From Hyalangium minutum (GTDB taxonomy: Bacteria; Myxococcota; Myxococcia; Myxococcales; Myxococcaceae), in assembly GCF_000737315.1 (NCBI RefSeq), contig NZ_JMCB01000005.1, positions 20,001-268,000 of the forward strand: a DNA stretch of 248,000 bases, in the 5' to 3' direction. This document shows positions 40,185 to 50,813 of the stretch, in pieces (position 1 is the stretch's first letter; each line of letters opens with the position of its first letter). The notes beneath the pieces are model-generated. The model saw only the letters and a program-made list of their open reading frames with translations, did not search any database and was not told the origin of the DNA. Both the position numbers and the translations under genes were made by a program.

Positions 40185-41204
40185 TCACCCAGGGGCTGCA
40201 CCCTCGGGAGGCTCTTCGGGGAGCTGGAGGTCCTCGATGCGAGAGAAGGCATCGAGAATGGCGCGGGCAATGATGGAGCGGCCGGCGACGAGCCCACGGA
40301 CGTGCCCTCCTTGGAGGTAGCGCAGCTCCGCGCCGCGCCAGTGCTGCAGCAGGCGCAAGGTGGAGGCGGAGGGAACGAACCCATCCTTCCGCGCGGCGAC
40401 GATGATGGCGCGGCGAGGGTTCGGCAGGGGCGCGAGCTGGGTGACGGAGAAGCCCTCGAGCAGCTCGGCCAGCCGCTGGCGCGCGGCCTCCGGTCCTCCA
40501 CAGGTGCGGCCCAGGGTCTCCCAGTCGGGCAGGGCGGACAGCACTCCCTGCGTGAACACGGGCGCCGCCGAGTGCGCCACGGCCACGGGGACGACGGCCA
40601 GGGGCAGAGGGAAGAAGCACGCGGCGTAGGCGGCCATGCTGCCGCCCATGCTGTACCCGGAGATGCCCACCTTGGGGTGGCCCCGCGCCAGCAGCCAGCC
40701 CAGCAGCGCCACGGCCTCCACCGCCGTCGCCCGGCCCATCAACAACAGATCTGCCACCGTGCGCAGGGCCTCGCCCTTCTGCCCGGGAGGACGGCGCGAT
40801 CCGTAATAAGGATTCTCCAGCAGCACCGCCCCCATGCCCGCGGCGAGCAGCGGCTGGGCCAGGAAGCGCCTCAGTCCAAACCCATGGTCTCCAGAGGAAG
40901 CCAGGAAGAGGCACACCGGGGGGCGCGGCCCGGCTTTGACGGGGAGCAGGAGCTGGAAGCGGGCCTCGGCGGACGCGGTGGGCAGAGGTCCTACCGCCGC
41001 AGGGCTCGGGAAACGTCCCTCCTGTACCCACAGTCCGCCCTCACGCCGTGACGCACCCAGCGTCACCTCATGAAGCTCGGGGAGTGCGAAACCCTGAGGC
41101 CCCCGGCTGAGCCGCTCGAGCAGGGCCTGAGAACCCCACCCCTCCTCAAAGAAGGGGGGCCGGCGTGACATCAGCCGCCCCGCCAGGGCATCCATCCAGT
41201 GCAT
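40185..41204 (-). CDS. alpha/beta hydrolase (DUF2048/ABHD18-like)
   Basis: GYSMGG nucleophile elbow. Confidence 0.75.
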   Translation of the reverse strand: MHWMDALAGRLMSRRPPFFEEGWGSQALLERLSRGPQGFALPELHEVTLGASRREGGLWVQEGRFPSPAAVGPLPTASAEARFQLLLPVKAGPRPPVCLFLASSGDHGFGLRRFLAQPLLAAGMGAVLLENPYYGSRRPPGQKGEALRTVADLLLMGRATAVEAVALLGWLLARGHPKVGISGYSMGGSMAAYAACFFPLPLAVVPVAVAHSAAPVFTQGVLSALPDWETLGRTCGGPEAARQRLAELLEGFSVTQLAPLPNPRRAIIVAARKDGFVPSASTLRLLQHWRGAELRYLQGGHVRGLVAGRSIIARAILDAFSRIEDLQLPEEPPEGAAPG

Positions 41205-41817
41205 GCGCCCACCTACTCCGAGGTTCAATTTGCCACAACGTGAGAAAGACAGGGTGGGTCAGCGCAAGAGGATCACTTCACCCGAAGCAGCGTACATACC
41301 GGAGATTCCTGAAGAAAATGCGCTTTGTGACCTGGTGGACTGAAAATCTCACCCACGAGGGATTTCCATGGGTCTGAGTACACCCGGGTCAATTTTTCCC
41401 CGTCCTTCCGTTCGGTTCAGCAGAATCTTCCAGGAACCGGCCAGATCTCTGGCACTCAGCGGAAGGGTCGCCAAAAACCCCCCGGGTTTTCTTTTACCCC
41501 GTGCCGCAAAGCATGGAAATGAAAGACAGCAAGCGACACGCACCCAGAAAAAGCGTCAGGGAAATCCGTTGATAATGGAAATTCAACTTAGACGGGTCCG
41601 TGGAGTGTTTCTGGCCTCCAATAAACTAAGATGAGAGGGCAGGCAGGAGGGCCGAAAGGTCTCTCTCGGGGGGAACTGGACGGGTGACGCAACGCCGCAT
41701 CCGCCCTCCGAGGTTGAGGGCACAGCGGTTGCAAACTCCTTCAGCCAGGGCGCGGGAGCTCGCGCCAGCAGCACCCGCCGCTCGTCATCTTCGACTCACT
41801 GGATTCCCGGAGGCACC

Positions 41818-43203
41818 ATGCGCCGTATCGCCATCATCGGTTCTGGACAAGCAGGACTCCTCGCCGCGCATGCGCTGCTGAAGGCCGGTTATGAGGTGAC
41901 GCTCTATTCGGATCGCACTCCTGAGAAGTGGTTGAACGAGAGCAAGCCGACTGGATCCGCCACCCGCTTCGATATGGCGCTTCAGTTCGAGTACGAGCTC
42001 GGCCTCAACTCCTGGGAGAACGACGCACCTTGGGGTGAGGGCGCTCACATGACGCTCTGCCCGGTGCCGGGCAACCGCATGCTCACCCTGGCGGGCCGCC
42101 TGCGCCGGCCGTTCCTTGCCATTGACTTGCGGCTGCAGAGCTACCACTGGATGCACGAGCTCACCAAGCGCGGCGGCAAGATCGAGATCGAGTCCGTCTC
42201 CATCGAGCGCCTGGAGCAGATCGCCGCCCAGAATGATCTGACCATCGTGGCCACGGGCCGCGGTGACATGACCAACCTCTTCGAGCGCAACGCCGAGCGC
42301 AGCGTCTACGACAAGCCGCAGCGCCACCTGGCCATGGTGTGCGTGAAGGGCCCGCAGATGGGCTTCGACGGCATCCCCATGCTGGGGCTGAAGTACAACG
42401 TCCTTGGCCCTCTGGGTGAGGCCTTCTGGATCCCCTACTACCACAAGGATGTGGGGCAGAGCTGGAACCTCGTCTTCGAGGCCCGCCCGGGCAGCGCGAT
42501 GGACCGCTTCGAGGGCTGCAAGACGGGTGAGCAGGTGCTCGAGATCGGCAAGCAGGTCGTCAAGGAGTTCGTCCCCTGGGACTACGAGTGGCTCAAGGAC
42601 GCCGAGCTGTCGGACTCCTACGGCTGGCAGGTGGGGAAGTTCGCTCCCACGGTTCGCAACCCAGTGGGCCGGCTGCCCTCGGGCCGGCTGGTGGCGGCGG
42701 TGGGTGACACGGCCATGTCGCTGGACCCCATCGGGGGCCAGGGCGCCAACAACGGCAACAAGATGGTGCGCAACATGCTCGAGTGCATCGTCGCCCATGA
42801 GGATCGGCCCTTCGACGCCCAGTGGATGACGGACACCTTCGAGCGCTTCTGGGCCCGTCACGGGTACTGGACCAGCGTCCACAACAACGGGATGCTGCAG
42901 CCGGGCTCGGCCGCCCTGCGCGACCTGCTCTTCGCTCAGTACGGCAGCGATGGCCGCTTCGACAACAACACCGGCGCGCAGCGGCTGGCCAACGCCTACG
43001 TCGAGAACGGCAACGACCCGGCGATGCTCACGCCCACCCTCCAGGATCGGCGCAAGACGCACGAGTTCATCGAGAAGACGACGGGCATCTCGTGGATCCG
43101 CGCCATCGCCAGCGGAGCCATGGGTGTGGCGCGCGAGGAGTTCCGCCAGTGGCGCGGGCTGGAGCCGCGTCACCCGCTCGTGGCCGCGTACAAGGTGGCC
43201 TGA
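41818..43203 (+). CDS. styrene/indole monooxygenase family flavoprotein
   Basis: GSGQAG, GDTAMSLDPIGGQGAN. Confidence 0.8.
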   Translation: MRRIAIIGSGQAGLLAAHALLKAGYEVTLYSDRTPEKWLNESKPTGSATRFDMALQFEYELGLNSWENDAPWGEGAHMTLCPVPGNRMLTLAGRLRRPFLAIDLRLQSYHWMHELTKRGGKIEIESVSIERLEQIAAQNDLTIVATGRGDMTNLFERNAERSVYDKPQRHLAMVCVKGPQMGFDGIPMLGLKYNVLGPLGEAFWIPYYHKDVGQSWNLVFEARPGSAMDRFEGCKTGEQVLEIGKQVVKEFVPWDYEWLKDAELSDSYGWQVGKFAPTVRNPVGRLPSGRLVAAVGDTAMSLDPIGGQGANNGNKMVRNMLECIVAHEDRPFDAQWMTDTFERFWARHGYWTSVHNNGMLQPGSAALRDLLFAQYGSDGRFDNNTGAQRLANAYVENGNDPAMLTPTLQDRRKTHEFIEKTTGISWIRAIASGAMGVAREEFRQWRGLEPRHPLVAAYKVA

Positions 43204-43285
43204 GTACGCGGCCAGAGGAGGGGGGAGCCCACCCTCAGCGGGGCTCCCCAGCTCGCCGCGCGGAGCCGAAGTCGCGCGGGTGATT

Positions 43286-44740
43286 TTAGCGGAACATCCC
43301 CGGACCCGGCGTCAGCACGGTGTCTGGGTCGTAGCGCCGCTTGGCGGCCGCCAGGTTCTCCCAGGCCGGGCCGAAGCGCGCTCGCCACTCCTCGGGAGAC
43401 AGCGTGAGGGCGGCGTGCGCGTAGTGCGTCCCCTCCCACTTCCGGTTGCGCTCGTAGAGCTCGCGGTTGTGCTGCACCATCTGCGGCACGCTGCGCTTGG
43501 CTCCTGGCGCCGCGGTCCGGAGCACACCGAACAGGAAGGAGATGTCCTCCCCCGGCGGCAGGCTGAACAGCGGGCGGGTGATGCGGCTGCGCTTGAGCAG
43601 ATAGAAGAGGACCGGGAAGTAGAAGTCCACCTCGGTGGGGGACACCTCTCGGAGCACCTCCGCGGCGAACGCGTCGAGCTTCGAGTCCGGGACGAAGAGA
43701 TCGCTCCAGGGGTGGGGCAGCGAGTACATGCCGTTCTGCCGCAGCTCCGCCAGCTGCGGAGCGAGCCGGCTCACCCACGTGGGGTACGGCAGGTCGGAGA
43801 TCGACTCGGAGCCCTGCTGGTACGACAGGCCCTTCAGCACCTGCGCATCGTCGGGACGCGACGGCTCCTTGTAGTACTGGAGGACCTGCATCCGGTGCAT
43901 CCAGCCCGTGCCGCTCCGCTCCGGCAGCGCGAAGCCCAGCACGTAGTCGATGCGCTCGTTCTCCACGGCCAGGCGCTGGTCCCGCAGCTGGGCCTCGAGG
44001 TTCGGGTAGCCCAGGTCATACAGGCGCACGTGCGTCGGCGCCTCCACCAGCTTGAGGGTGGCGCGGGTGATGACACCACACTGCCCGAGCCCCGCGAGCA
44101 CCGCCTCGAACAAGTCTTTGTTCTGCGTGGGAGAGCAGTGCACCAGCTCGCCCTCGCCCGTTACCACCTGAAGCTCCAGCACATGGTCGATCTGCAGACC
44201 TTGGCGGAAGGTGTTGCCGCTCAAGCCACCCACCGACAGGGTGCCGCCCACCGTCAGCTCCAGCAGGTCCGTGAGCACGGGCGGGGTCCGGTTGATGGCG
44301 AGCGCCCGCTCCACCACCACGCTCCAGAGGATGCCGGCATCCACGTCGATCCGATCCTCGGAGACGGAGTGCACGGCGTTCAGCGAGCGCATGTCGATGA
44401 CGATGCCCGCCTCCACCTGCGACTGGCCGTTGATCACATGCCCATTGCCGCGAGGGCCGATCTTGAGCCGGTGCTGCCGGGCGAAGCGGATCATCTGCGC
44501 AATGTCGTCGGCTGACTGGGGGCGGAGCACGGCCAGGGGCAGGCGGCTCACCATGTGCCCGAAGTCATCCGCCACTTCCGCTCGCGCTTGCGGCGAGGCG
44601 AGCAGCACTCCCTTCAGCTTCGGGAGGGGTTCAACGCCTGGGGCCGTGCCCCCCTGAGAGACCCAGCTGCGGCCGGCCGGATGAAAGCCGATGACCGCAT
44701 CCTGGGGAGAGGGATTGGAACTCGGGGGGGCGAGGCTCAC
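43286..44740 (-). CDS. FAD-linked oxidase, cytokinin dehydrogenase-like
   Basis: DDFGH, RGNGH, TVGGTLSVGG, HPWSDLF, KRRYDP..LTPG. Confidence 0.75.
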   Translation of the reverse strand: MSLAPPSSNPSPQDAVIGFHPAGRSWVSQGGTAPGVEPLPKLKGVLLASPQARAEVADDFGHMVSRLPLAVLRPQSADDIAQMIRFARQHRLKIGPRGNGHVINGQSQVEAGIVIDMRSLNAVHSVSEDRIDVDAGILWSVVVERALAINRTPPVLTDLLELTVGGTLSVGGLSGNTFRQGLQIDHVLELQVVTGEGELVHCSPTQNKDLFEAVLAGLGQCGVITRATLKLVEAPTHVRLYDLGYPNLEAQLRDQRLAVENERIDYVLGFALPERSGTGWMHRMQVLQYYKEPSRPDDAQVLKGLSYQQGSESISDLPYPTWVSRLAPQLAELRQNGMYSLPHPWSDLFVPDSKLDAFAAEVLREVSPTEVDFYFPVLFYLLKRSRITRPLFSLPPGEDISFLFGVLRTAAPGAKRSVPQMVQHNRELYERNRKWEGTHYAHAALTLSPEEWRARFGPAWENLAAAKRRYDPDTVLTPGPGMFR

Positions 44741-44761
44741 GAGGAACTCCTTCAGGAGCTG

Positions 44762-45367
44762 CTACTTCCAGGTGATGCTGTAGGTGCAGGCCGGGGCGCC
44801 CTTCTTGCGGCACGTCTTCGGATCATGCATGACCTTCGCGCCGGCGTTGAACTGCTGGCCCAGGCCCGTGACCAGGCCCTCCTCGAAGGCGCAGGGGTAC
44901 GGGGTGTCGGCGTCGACGAACACCTGCGTCTTGCCCGGCACGGTGCGGACCTTGTAGTGGCCGATGCCCTCGAGCATCTGGCCCGTCTGCGGATCGAACA
45001 TCCGCTTCCCGCTCTTGGCGTGGTTGTAGTGGTAGCCCATGTCCAGCGTCTCGAACGCGCGGGCGATACCCGTCAGGAAGTCACCCGGCTGCGAGGCCTT
45101 CTTCACGATGTAGAGGCCCGACTGCTTCAGGGTGTAGTCCCCGAACTCCGCCTGCACGCGATCGAACGCGCGCAAGAAGGCGTCCAGCGGGTACCACTTC
45201 TCCGGATCCAGCTTGGCCATGCCGACGCCATCGGTGTCCATCTCTCCCAGGCCGCACTCGAGCAGGATCTTGCTGGCCAGCAGAGTGAAGGAGCCGAACC
45301 CGTCCAGCGTCACCTGCACCGTCGAGCCGAGAGTCTGGTATTCCTTGTAGTTCTCACTATTGGGCAT
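44762..45367 (-). CDS. myxobacterial hypothetical protein (V4R-like)
   Basis: WYPL, PYPCAFEEG, CxxxGxxxC motifs. Confidence 0.6.
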   Translation of the reverse strand: MPNSENYKEYQTLGSTVQVTLDGFGSFTLLASKILLECGLGEMDTDGVGMAKLDPEKWYPLDAFLRAFDRVQAEFGDYTLKQSGLYIVKKASQPGDFLTGIARAFETLDMGYHYNHAKSGKRMFDPQTGQMLEGIGHYKVRTVPGKTQVFVDADTPYPCAFEEGLVTGLGQQFNAGAKVMHDPKTCRKKGAPACTYSITWK

Positions 45368-45606
45368 GATGATCCCCCTGTTGATTCAGCGTACGAAATG
45401 AAGTGATGACGTGAAGAGCCGGAAATCGGCGTGTACTCCAGCACGGGTCTTGCGGTGATTCAAGTACTGCTCCTGCCCGTGTCCGATACCTGTAGTGAGT
45501 GGCGATGAGACACCGCGCGGGTGTGATCGGCTCTGTCGGGCAGGTGAACTTGCGGCACATGTACTAGAGGGAAGCCACGGCTGTTGGCGTGACCAGGAGA
45601 AGCACA

Positions 45607-47012
45607 TGAGTTCGTCTGAAGATCTTCCGTTGGAGTTGCAAACGCTGGCCGAGCCCTACCGCGTGAAGATGGTGGAGAAGGTCCGCATTCCGTCTCGCTC
45701 CGAGCGCGAGAGCATCTTGAAGAAGGCCCACTACTCCGTGGTGCACGTGGACTCGGCGGACATCTTCATCGATGTGATCACCGACAGTGGCACGGGCGCG
45801 ATGAGCGACCAGCAGTGGGCGGGGCTGATGAAGGGCGACGAGGCGTACATGCGCTCGCGCAGCTTCATCGAGTTCGAGCGGGCCGTGCAGGACATCCTTG
45901 GCTTCGAGCACGTCATCCCCACACACCAGGGGCGTGCGGCCGAGCACATCCTCATGGAGCTGCTCATCAAGCCGGAGGACGGTAAGGACATCGTCCTGTG
46001 CAACACGCACTTCGACACGACGCGCGCGCACGTGATGAACCGCAAGGCCACCCCGCTGGATCTGGTGGGGGACTGGCTCTGGCGCTTCGAGGAGGAGCGG
46101 CCCTTCAAGGGGAACTTTGATCTGGGCAAGCTCGAGGCCGCCCTGGAGCGCTATCACCAGCGCGTCCCGTTCGTCCTCATCACCGTGCTCAACAACTTCG
46201 CGTGTTCCTCGCCGGTGTCCATGGAGAACATCCGCGAGACGAAGCGGCTCGCGGACCGCTACAACATCCCCATCTACTTCGACATCTGCCGCTTCGCGGA
46301 GAACGCCTACTTCATCAAGACGCGCGAGAAGGGCTACCAGGACAAGTCCATCGCGGAGATCGCCCGGGAGATGCTCTCCTACGGGCGAGGCTGCTGGATG
46401 AGCGCGAAGAAGGACGGCCTGGTGAACATCGGCGGCTTCATCGCGGTGCACGACGAGAAGCTCGCGATGCGGTGCAAGGAGAAGCTGGTGCTCTACGAGG
46501 GCTTCCCGACCTATGGCGGTCTGGCGGGCCGAGACCTGGAGGCGGTGGCCGTGGGCCTGCGCGAGGGCATCGAGGAGCCCTACCTGGCCCACCGCACGCA
46601 GCAGATCGCCTACCTGGCGGACCTGTTCGAGAAGACCGGCATCCGCGTGAGCAAGCCCTCGGGAGGCTCGGGCGTCTTCATCGACGTGGCGGGGCTCTAC
46701 TCGCACCTGCCGGAGGACAAGTTCCCGGCGATCGCCTTCACGTGCGATCTCTACCTGGAGGGCGCCATCCGTGGCAGCGCCTATCCGTTCCCGCTCATCA
46801 CCATTGATCCGAAGACGGCCGACATCACCCCGCGCGTCTTCCAGTTCGCCCGCTTCGCCATTCCCCGGCGCACCTATACCAAGGGGCACCTGGACTACAT
46901 CGCCACGGTGATGGCGCGGCTGAAGGAGAAGGCGCCGCAGAACAAGGGCTACAAGATCACCTACTCACCCGAGGTGCTGGGGCACTTCTTCTCGAAGTTC
47001 GAGCCCCTGTAG
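45607..47012 (+). CDS. tnaA: tryptophanase (PLP beta-eliminating lyase)
   Basis: TDSGTGAMS, HQGRAAE, MSAKKDG; C-terminal LGHF retains the Trpase-type His. Confidence 0.8.
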
Positions 47013-47031
47013 CACCCAGGGCTGGCGCCGC

Positions 47032-48846
47032 TCAGACGATGGCGCGGTTGAACTCCCGCCTGGCCGTGCCGACCAAGAGCGGCTGCGGCTGGGGGGACAC
47101 TTCCTGGTGCGCGCTGAGGCCGTAGGCCTCGGTGGCCAGGTAGATGGTGGTCCGCAGCTGGCTTCCCTGCCGGCGCATGGAGGCCCACTGCATCAATCCC
47201 ACGCCCGTGTCGAGCCGGCGGTGCGCCAGTGCCCGCACCGCCCGCTCCAGCAGCATGTGGGCTTGCGGATCCAGCAGGAAGCGGATGCGCTCCAGGGCCT
47301 CCTGGTCATTGCGCACGTGGCAGCGCACGGGGACGTGCAGCGTGACGCTGGTGGGTCGATCCTCATCCGAGGTGAACGACAGGCACGTCAGCAGCGAGCG
47401 CGAGGACTCGACGCGGCCGGTGTGGCCCTTGAGCGCCTGGCAGAAGATCCACGCCTCGCCGGGCACGTACTCCGGTGCCAGCGCCATCACCGACTCGAGC
47501 TCCTCCGCGGTGATGTCCTTGTGCGCCAGGTAGATCTTCACGCGGGCCGTGCGGTGAGCGGACAGGTCCAGCGAGAAGTAGATGATCTGATCCAGCCCGT
47601 CCGGACGCAGGGTGTGCTCGCTGAGGCAGCGCCAGACGCGGTGCAGGCCCAGCCGCTCCAGGGCCTCCTGCACCACCGCGTGGGCCCGCTCGGGGCCCTG
47701 GGCCGCGGGGTTGAAGTAGACCTTGATGTCGGCCCGGCCGTTCTTGAGGAAGAAGGCGTGCCAGAGCGCGAAGCGGGCGCGGGGATCCACCGGCTCGAAC
47801 AGATCCTTCACGAGGTTGAAGCGCTCCAGCCGGACGCCGAACTCCTGGCTCAGCCGCTCGGTGAGGGCAATGCCGTCTTCCCAGGTGGAGCGCAGCGTGG
47901 TGGGGCCGTGGGCGCTCTGGGACTCCATCAAGAAGCGCACCTCGGGCCGTCCGTCCTCGAGCGCCAGGGACAGCTCGTACGGCGTGTGGTCGTCGGTGAT
48001 GTCCGACTTCCAGGGCGGGGTGGAGCCGATCTGCTGGGAGCCCCAGGGACTGCTCATGAAGCTGAAGAAGCGCTTCACCGTCTCTGTGTCCGAGGCGTCG
48101 TAGCCCACCGCCTCGCAGAGCGCCTGCAGGCGGGCAATGCCGAACTCCTCGAAGGTCAGGGAGGAGGGTGGCTCCCACGCGATCAGCGCCCGCTTCACCT
48201 CCAACTGGTGCAGCGCGTACGCCAGCAGGTGGTTGCTCAGGCCCATGAGGTGGCTGAAGACCTCATCCACGGTCTCCAGGGCCTCCTTCTCTGAACCCGG
48301 CGGAAGCTGCTGGCCCGCGGTGGCCCAGCACGAGGCTCCCTCCAGCTGCGCGCGCAGGAACCGGAAACCCACCAGTTCCTTGCCCGTGCGCGCCTCGAAC
48401 GTGCGGGCCACGTGCTCGAGCGCTCCCAGGCCCATGCTCCCCGCCGTGTGGAGCGCCCGCATCAGGATCTGCGCCTGGACCGGGCTCGCGTTCGCCGCCA
48501 CATCAATGAGCTCGAAGAGCGTCTTGCGAGTGAAGCTGCCCTCCGCTCCCCACAGCAGCCGCAGCATGCCGTTGAGGTCCGAGGTGGAGCTCAGCCCCAG
48601 CATCTGCAGATCGCTCAGATAAGCGGCCCAGTGCGCACTCTCCTGGGGGTTCTCCGGGACGAGCTCGGGCTCCTCCCCCATCATCGTGCGGTTCAGGTCC
48701 GCCAAGCCCAGCACGAGCGGCGCCAGACAGGGCAGGAAGCTCAGACGTTCCTGGGGCGAGAGGCGTGTATCCCGGAGGAAGCCCACGAAAGAAGACCTGG
48801 CGAAGATCTGCTGCCGCTCTCTCAAATGCTCCAGGACCTGCTGCAT
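47032..48846 (-). CDS. aromatic (Trp/indole) dimethylallyltransferase with N-terminal helical heme-oxygenase-like domain
   Basis: SDITDDHTPYELS, KVYFNP, YFSLDL, KIYL DMATS-type motifs. Confidence 0.75.
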   Translation of the reverse strand: MQQVLEHLRERQQIFARSSFVGFLRDTRLSPQERLSFLPCLAPLVLGLADLNRTMMGEEPELVPENPQESAHWAAYLSDLQMLGLSSTSDLNGMLRLLWGAEGSFTRKTLFELIDVAANASPVQAQILMRALHTAGSMGLGALEHVARTFEARTGKELVGFRFLRAQLEGASCWATAGQQLPPGSEKEALETVDEVFSHLMGLSNHLLAYALHQLEVKRALIAWEPPSSLTFEEFGIARLQALCEAVGYDASDTETVKRFFSFMSSPWGSQQIGSTPPWKSDITDDHTPYELSLALEDGRPEVRFLMESQSAHGPTTLRSTWEDGIALTERLSQEFGVRLERFNLVKDLFEPVDPRARFALWHAFFLKNGRADIKVYFNPAAQGPERAHAVVQEALERLGLHRVWRCLSEHTLRPDGLDQIIYFSLDLSAHRTARVKIYLAHKDITAEELESVMALAPEYVPGEAWIFCQALKGHTGRVESSRSLLTCLSFTSDEDRPTSVTLHVPVRCHVRNDQEALERIRFLLDPQAHMLLERAVRALAHRRLDTGVGLMQWASMRRQGSQLRTTIYLATEAYGLSAHQEVSPQPQPLLVGTARREFNRAIV

Positions 48847-49307
48847 CGGTTTTGCTCCTCGACTGGACTGGTCAAGACCCAGCGCCCGGGCTTCTGGGCT
48901 CGCTGCTGTGATTCGGTAACCCCCCAGAATTTGGCAATCAATGAGGGGTGATTCAGACCCGCCCCATCGACTTCCGACAGGTGTGGTTGTAACGCATTTT
49001 TTTTATTCGGGTCAAATAGAATGGGTAAAAAATCTCTACCCTGCGAGATTCTTTGGCAAGTGGGAGTGTGTTGATCTCTTAGGTTTTCAGTCCTGGCAAA
49101 AAACACGCAACATTTTCCCCGGGTGGGTGAGGAATGACTCACATGCGGAAAATGACCCAGGTGGGATGAACAGCCATCTCGGCCTGGAGACTGAGAGAAA
49201 AAGGACTACCCAGAAGGTTCTATCTGGGATTGATCGGATAGCGGGGCTCTGGATCGAGGCGTGATCCAGGCCTCAACAGGGCAGGAGCAACCGGGGCTGT
49301 GGGTGGG

Positions 49308-49652
49308 TCAGTTCAGCCAGCGCGGCACGCCGGACTCGGGGGACTGCTCCTCCGAGAGCCAGGCGATGGAGAGCTCATCGCCCAGGGCCGTGTCGAAGTT
49401 CGCGGCGATGACATATCCCGCAGGCGTGGCCTGGCAGCGGAGGATGTTCAGCCGCGTCCGAGGGATGAGCAGCTCGGGGATGCTGGCCTCGATGGATTGC
49501 CCGGGCTCTACGGGCACGCGAGACAGCAACAGGCAGCCGCTGGCCGAGGCATTGATGATGTCCGCGTCCAGCACTTCACGGGGGCAGTGGAGCTTGATGG
49601 CCAGCCGCAAGGGGTACCGTTGGTGCCGACGCCGCTCGTTGTCGTAGGACAC
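49308..49652 (-). CDS. PilZ domain protein
   Basis: RRRHQR and NASASG motifs. Confidence 0.65.
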   Translation of the reverse strand: MSYDNERRRHQRYPLRLAIKLHCPREVLDADIINASASGCLLLSRVPVEPGQSIEASIPELLIPRTRLNILRCQATPAGYVIAANFDTALGDELSIAWLSEEQSPESGVPRWLN

Positions 49653-49865
49653 GGGATGCCTCCTGACGCGCTGCCCGTCATCCACGGCGGGACATGAGGT
49701 GAAACAATATGCGGGTTTCATACCGAGAGGCAGCCCTTGCGGCTTGTCTACATCGGCATGCAATGTGTTGCATGGGGTTGACAGGTGAGCAAAAGAAGGG
49801 TTTTTGTTTTCAATGTGTGTCTTTGAAGTCCCGCAGATACATTTAGGGGAAGGCGGGGCCCTGAC

Positions 49866-50801
49866 ATGGTGGTCCTCATGAAATGGAGCTCCCTGTTGTT
49901 GGTGTCCCTGGGCCTTGCTGCTCCAGTGAGCGCTGCGCCCCCATCCACCCCCAAACCTTCCACCCCGCCCATGAATGCCTCTCCTGGAATCGAAGCCGAG
50001 ACCCGTGCCTGGCACACCGAACGCGTCTCCCGGCTGACGTCGGACGATGGGTGGCTCACGCTGGTGGGGCTGCATTGGCTCAAGGAGGGCGCCAACCGCT
50101 TTGGCTCTGCGCCGGACAATGACGTGGTGTTCCCGGCGGCCTTTCCCGCTCATGCGGGCACCTTCACCCGGAAGGGAGCCACGGTGAGCCTCGCGCTCGA
50201 GAAGGGCACGTCCCTGGCGCTGGAGGGCAAGCCCTTCACCGGAGGCGCGCTGCGCAGTGATGCCGACGGCAAGCCGGACACGCTGGCGCTGGGCTCCGTG
50301 CGCTTCTTCGTGATTCGCCGCGGCGATCGGCTGGGCGTGCGGGTGAAGGACTCGGAGGCGCCCACGCGCAAGGCGTTCCACGGCATCCCCACCTACGCCC
50401 CAAGCGCCGCCTGGCGGGTGGAGGGGCGCTTCGAGCCCGCCACCACCGAGAAGAAGATCTCCGTTCCCAATGTGCTGGGCGAGGTGGAGGAGATGGTGTC
50501 CCCGGGCACCGTCGTCTTCACCGTGGGAGGTCAGGAGTACCGGCTCTCGCCGGTGCAGGAGCCGGGCGAGGATCAGCTCTTCTTCATCTTCGGAGACCTG
50601 ACCAACCGCGATGAGACGTACGGCGCGGGCCGCTTCCTGTACGCAGCCATGCCGAAGGAGGGGAAGGTGGTGCTGGACTTCAACCGGGCCTACAACCCGC
50701 CGTGCGCGTTCACCTCGTTCGCCACCTGCCCGCTGCCGCCGTCGCAGAACCGGCTCAAGGTGCGGGTCGAGGCCGGAGAGAAGCGCTACGGCGACCACTG
50801 A
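49866..50801 (+). CDS. DUF1684 protein
   Basis: TYGAGRFL, LDFNRAYNPPCA. Confidence 0.85.
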   Translation: MVVLMKWSSLLLVSLGLAAPVSAAPPSTPKPSTPPMNASPGIEAETRAWHTERVSRLTSDDGWLTLVGLHWLKEGANRFGSAPDNDVVFPAAFPAHAGTFTRKGATVSLALEKGTSLALEGKPFTGGALRSDADGKPDTLALGSVRFFVIRRGDRLGVRVKDSEAPTRKAFHGIPTYAPSAAWRVEGRFEPATTEKKISVPNVLGEVEEMVSPGTVVFTVGGQEYRLSPVQEPGEDQLFFIFGDLTNRDETYGAGRFLYAAMPKEGKVVLDFNRAYNPPCAFTSFATCPLPPSQNRLKVRVEAGEKRYGDH

Positions 50802-50813
50802 GCCAGCGCACGC

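Noticed and set aside
45607-47012. Tyrosine phenol-lyase assignment
   Set aside because: The C-terminal His (LGHF) fits tryptophanase rather than TPL (FF); a substrate assay would be needed to be certain.
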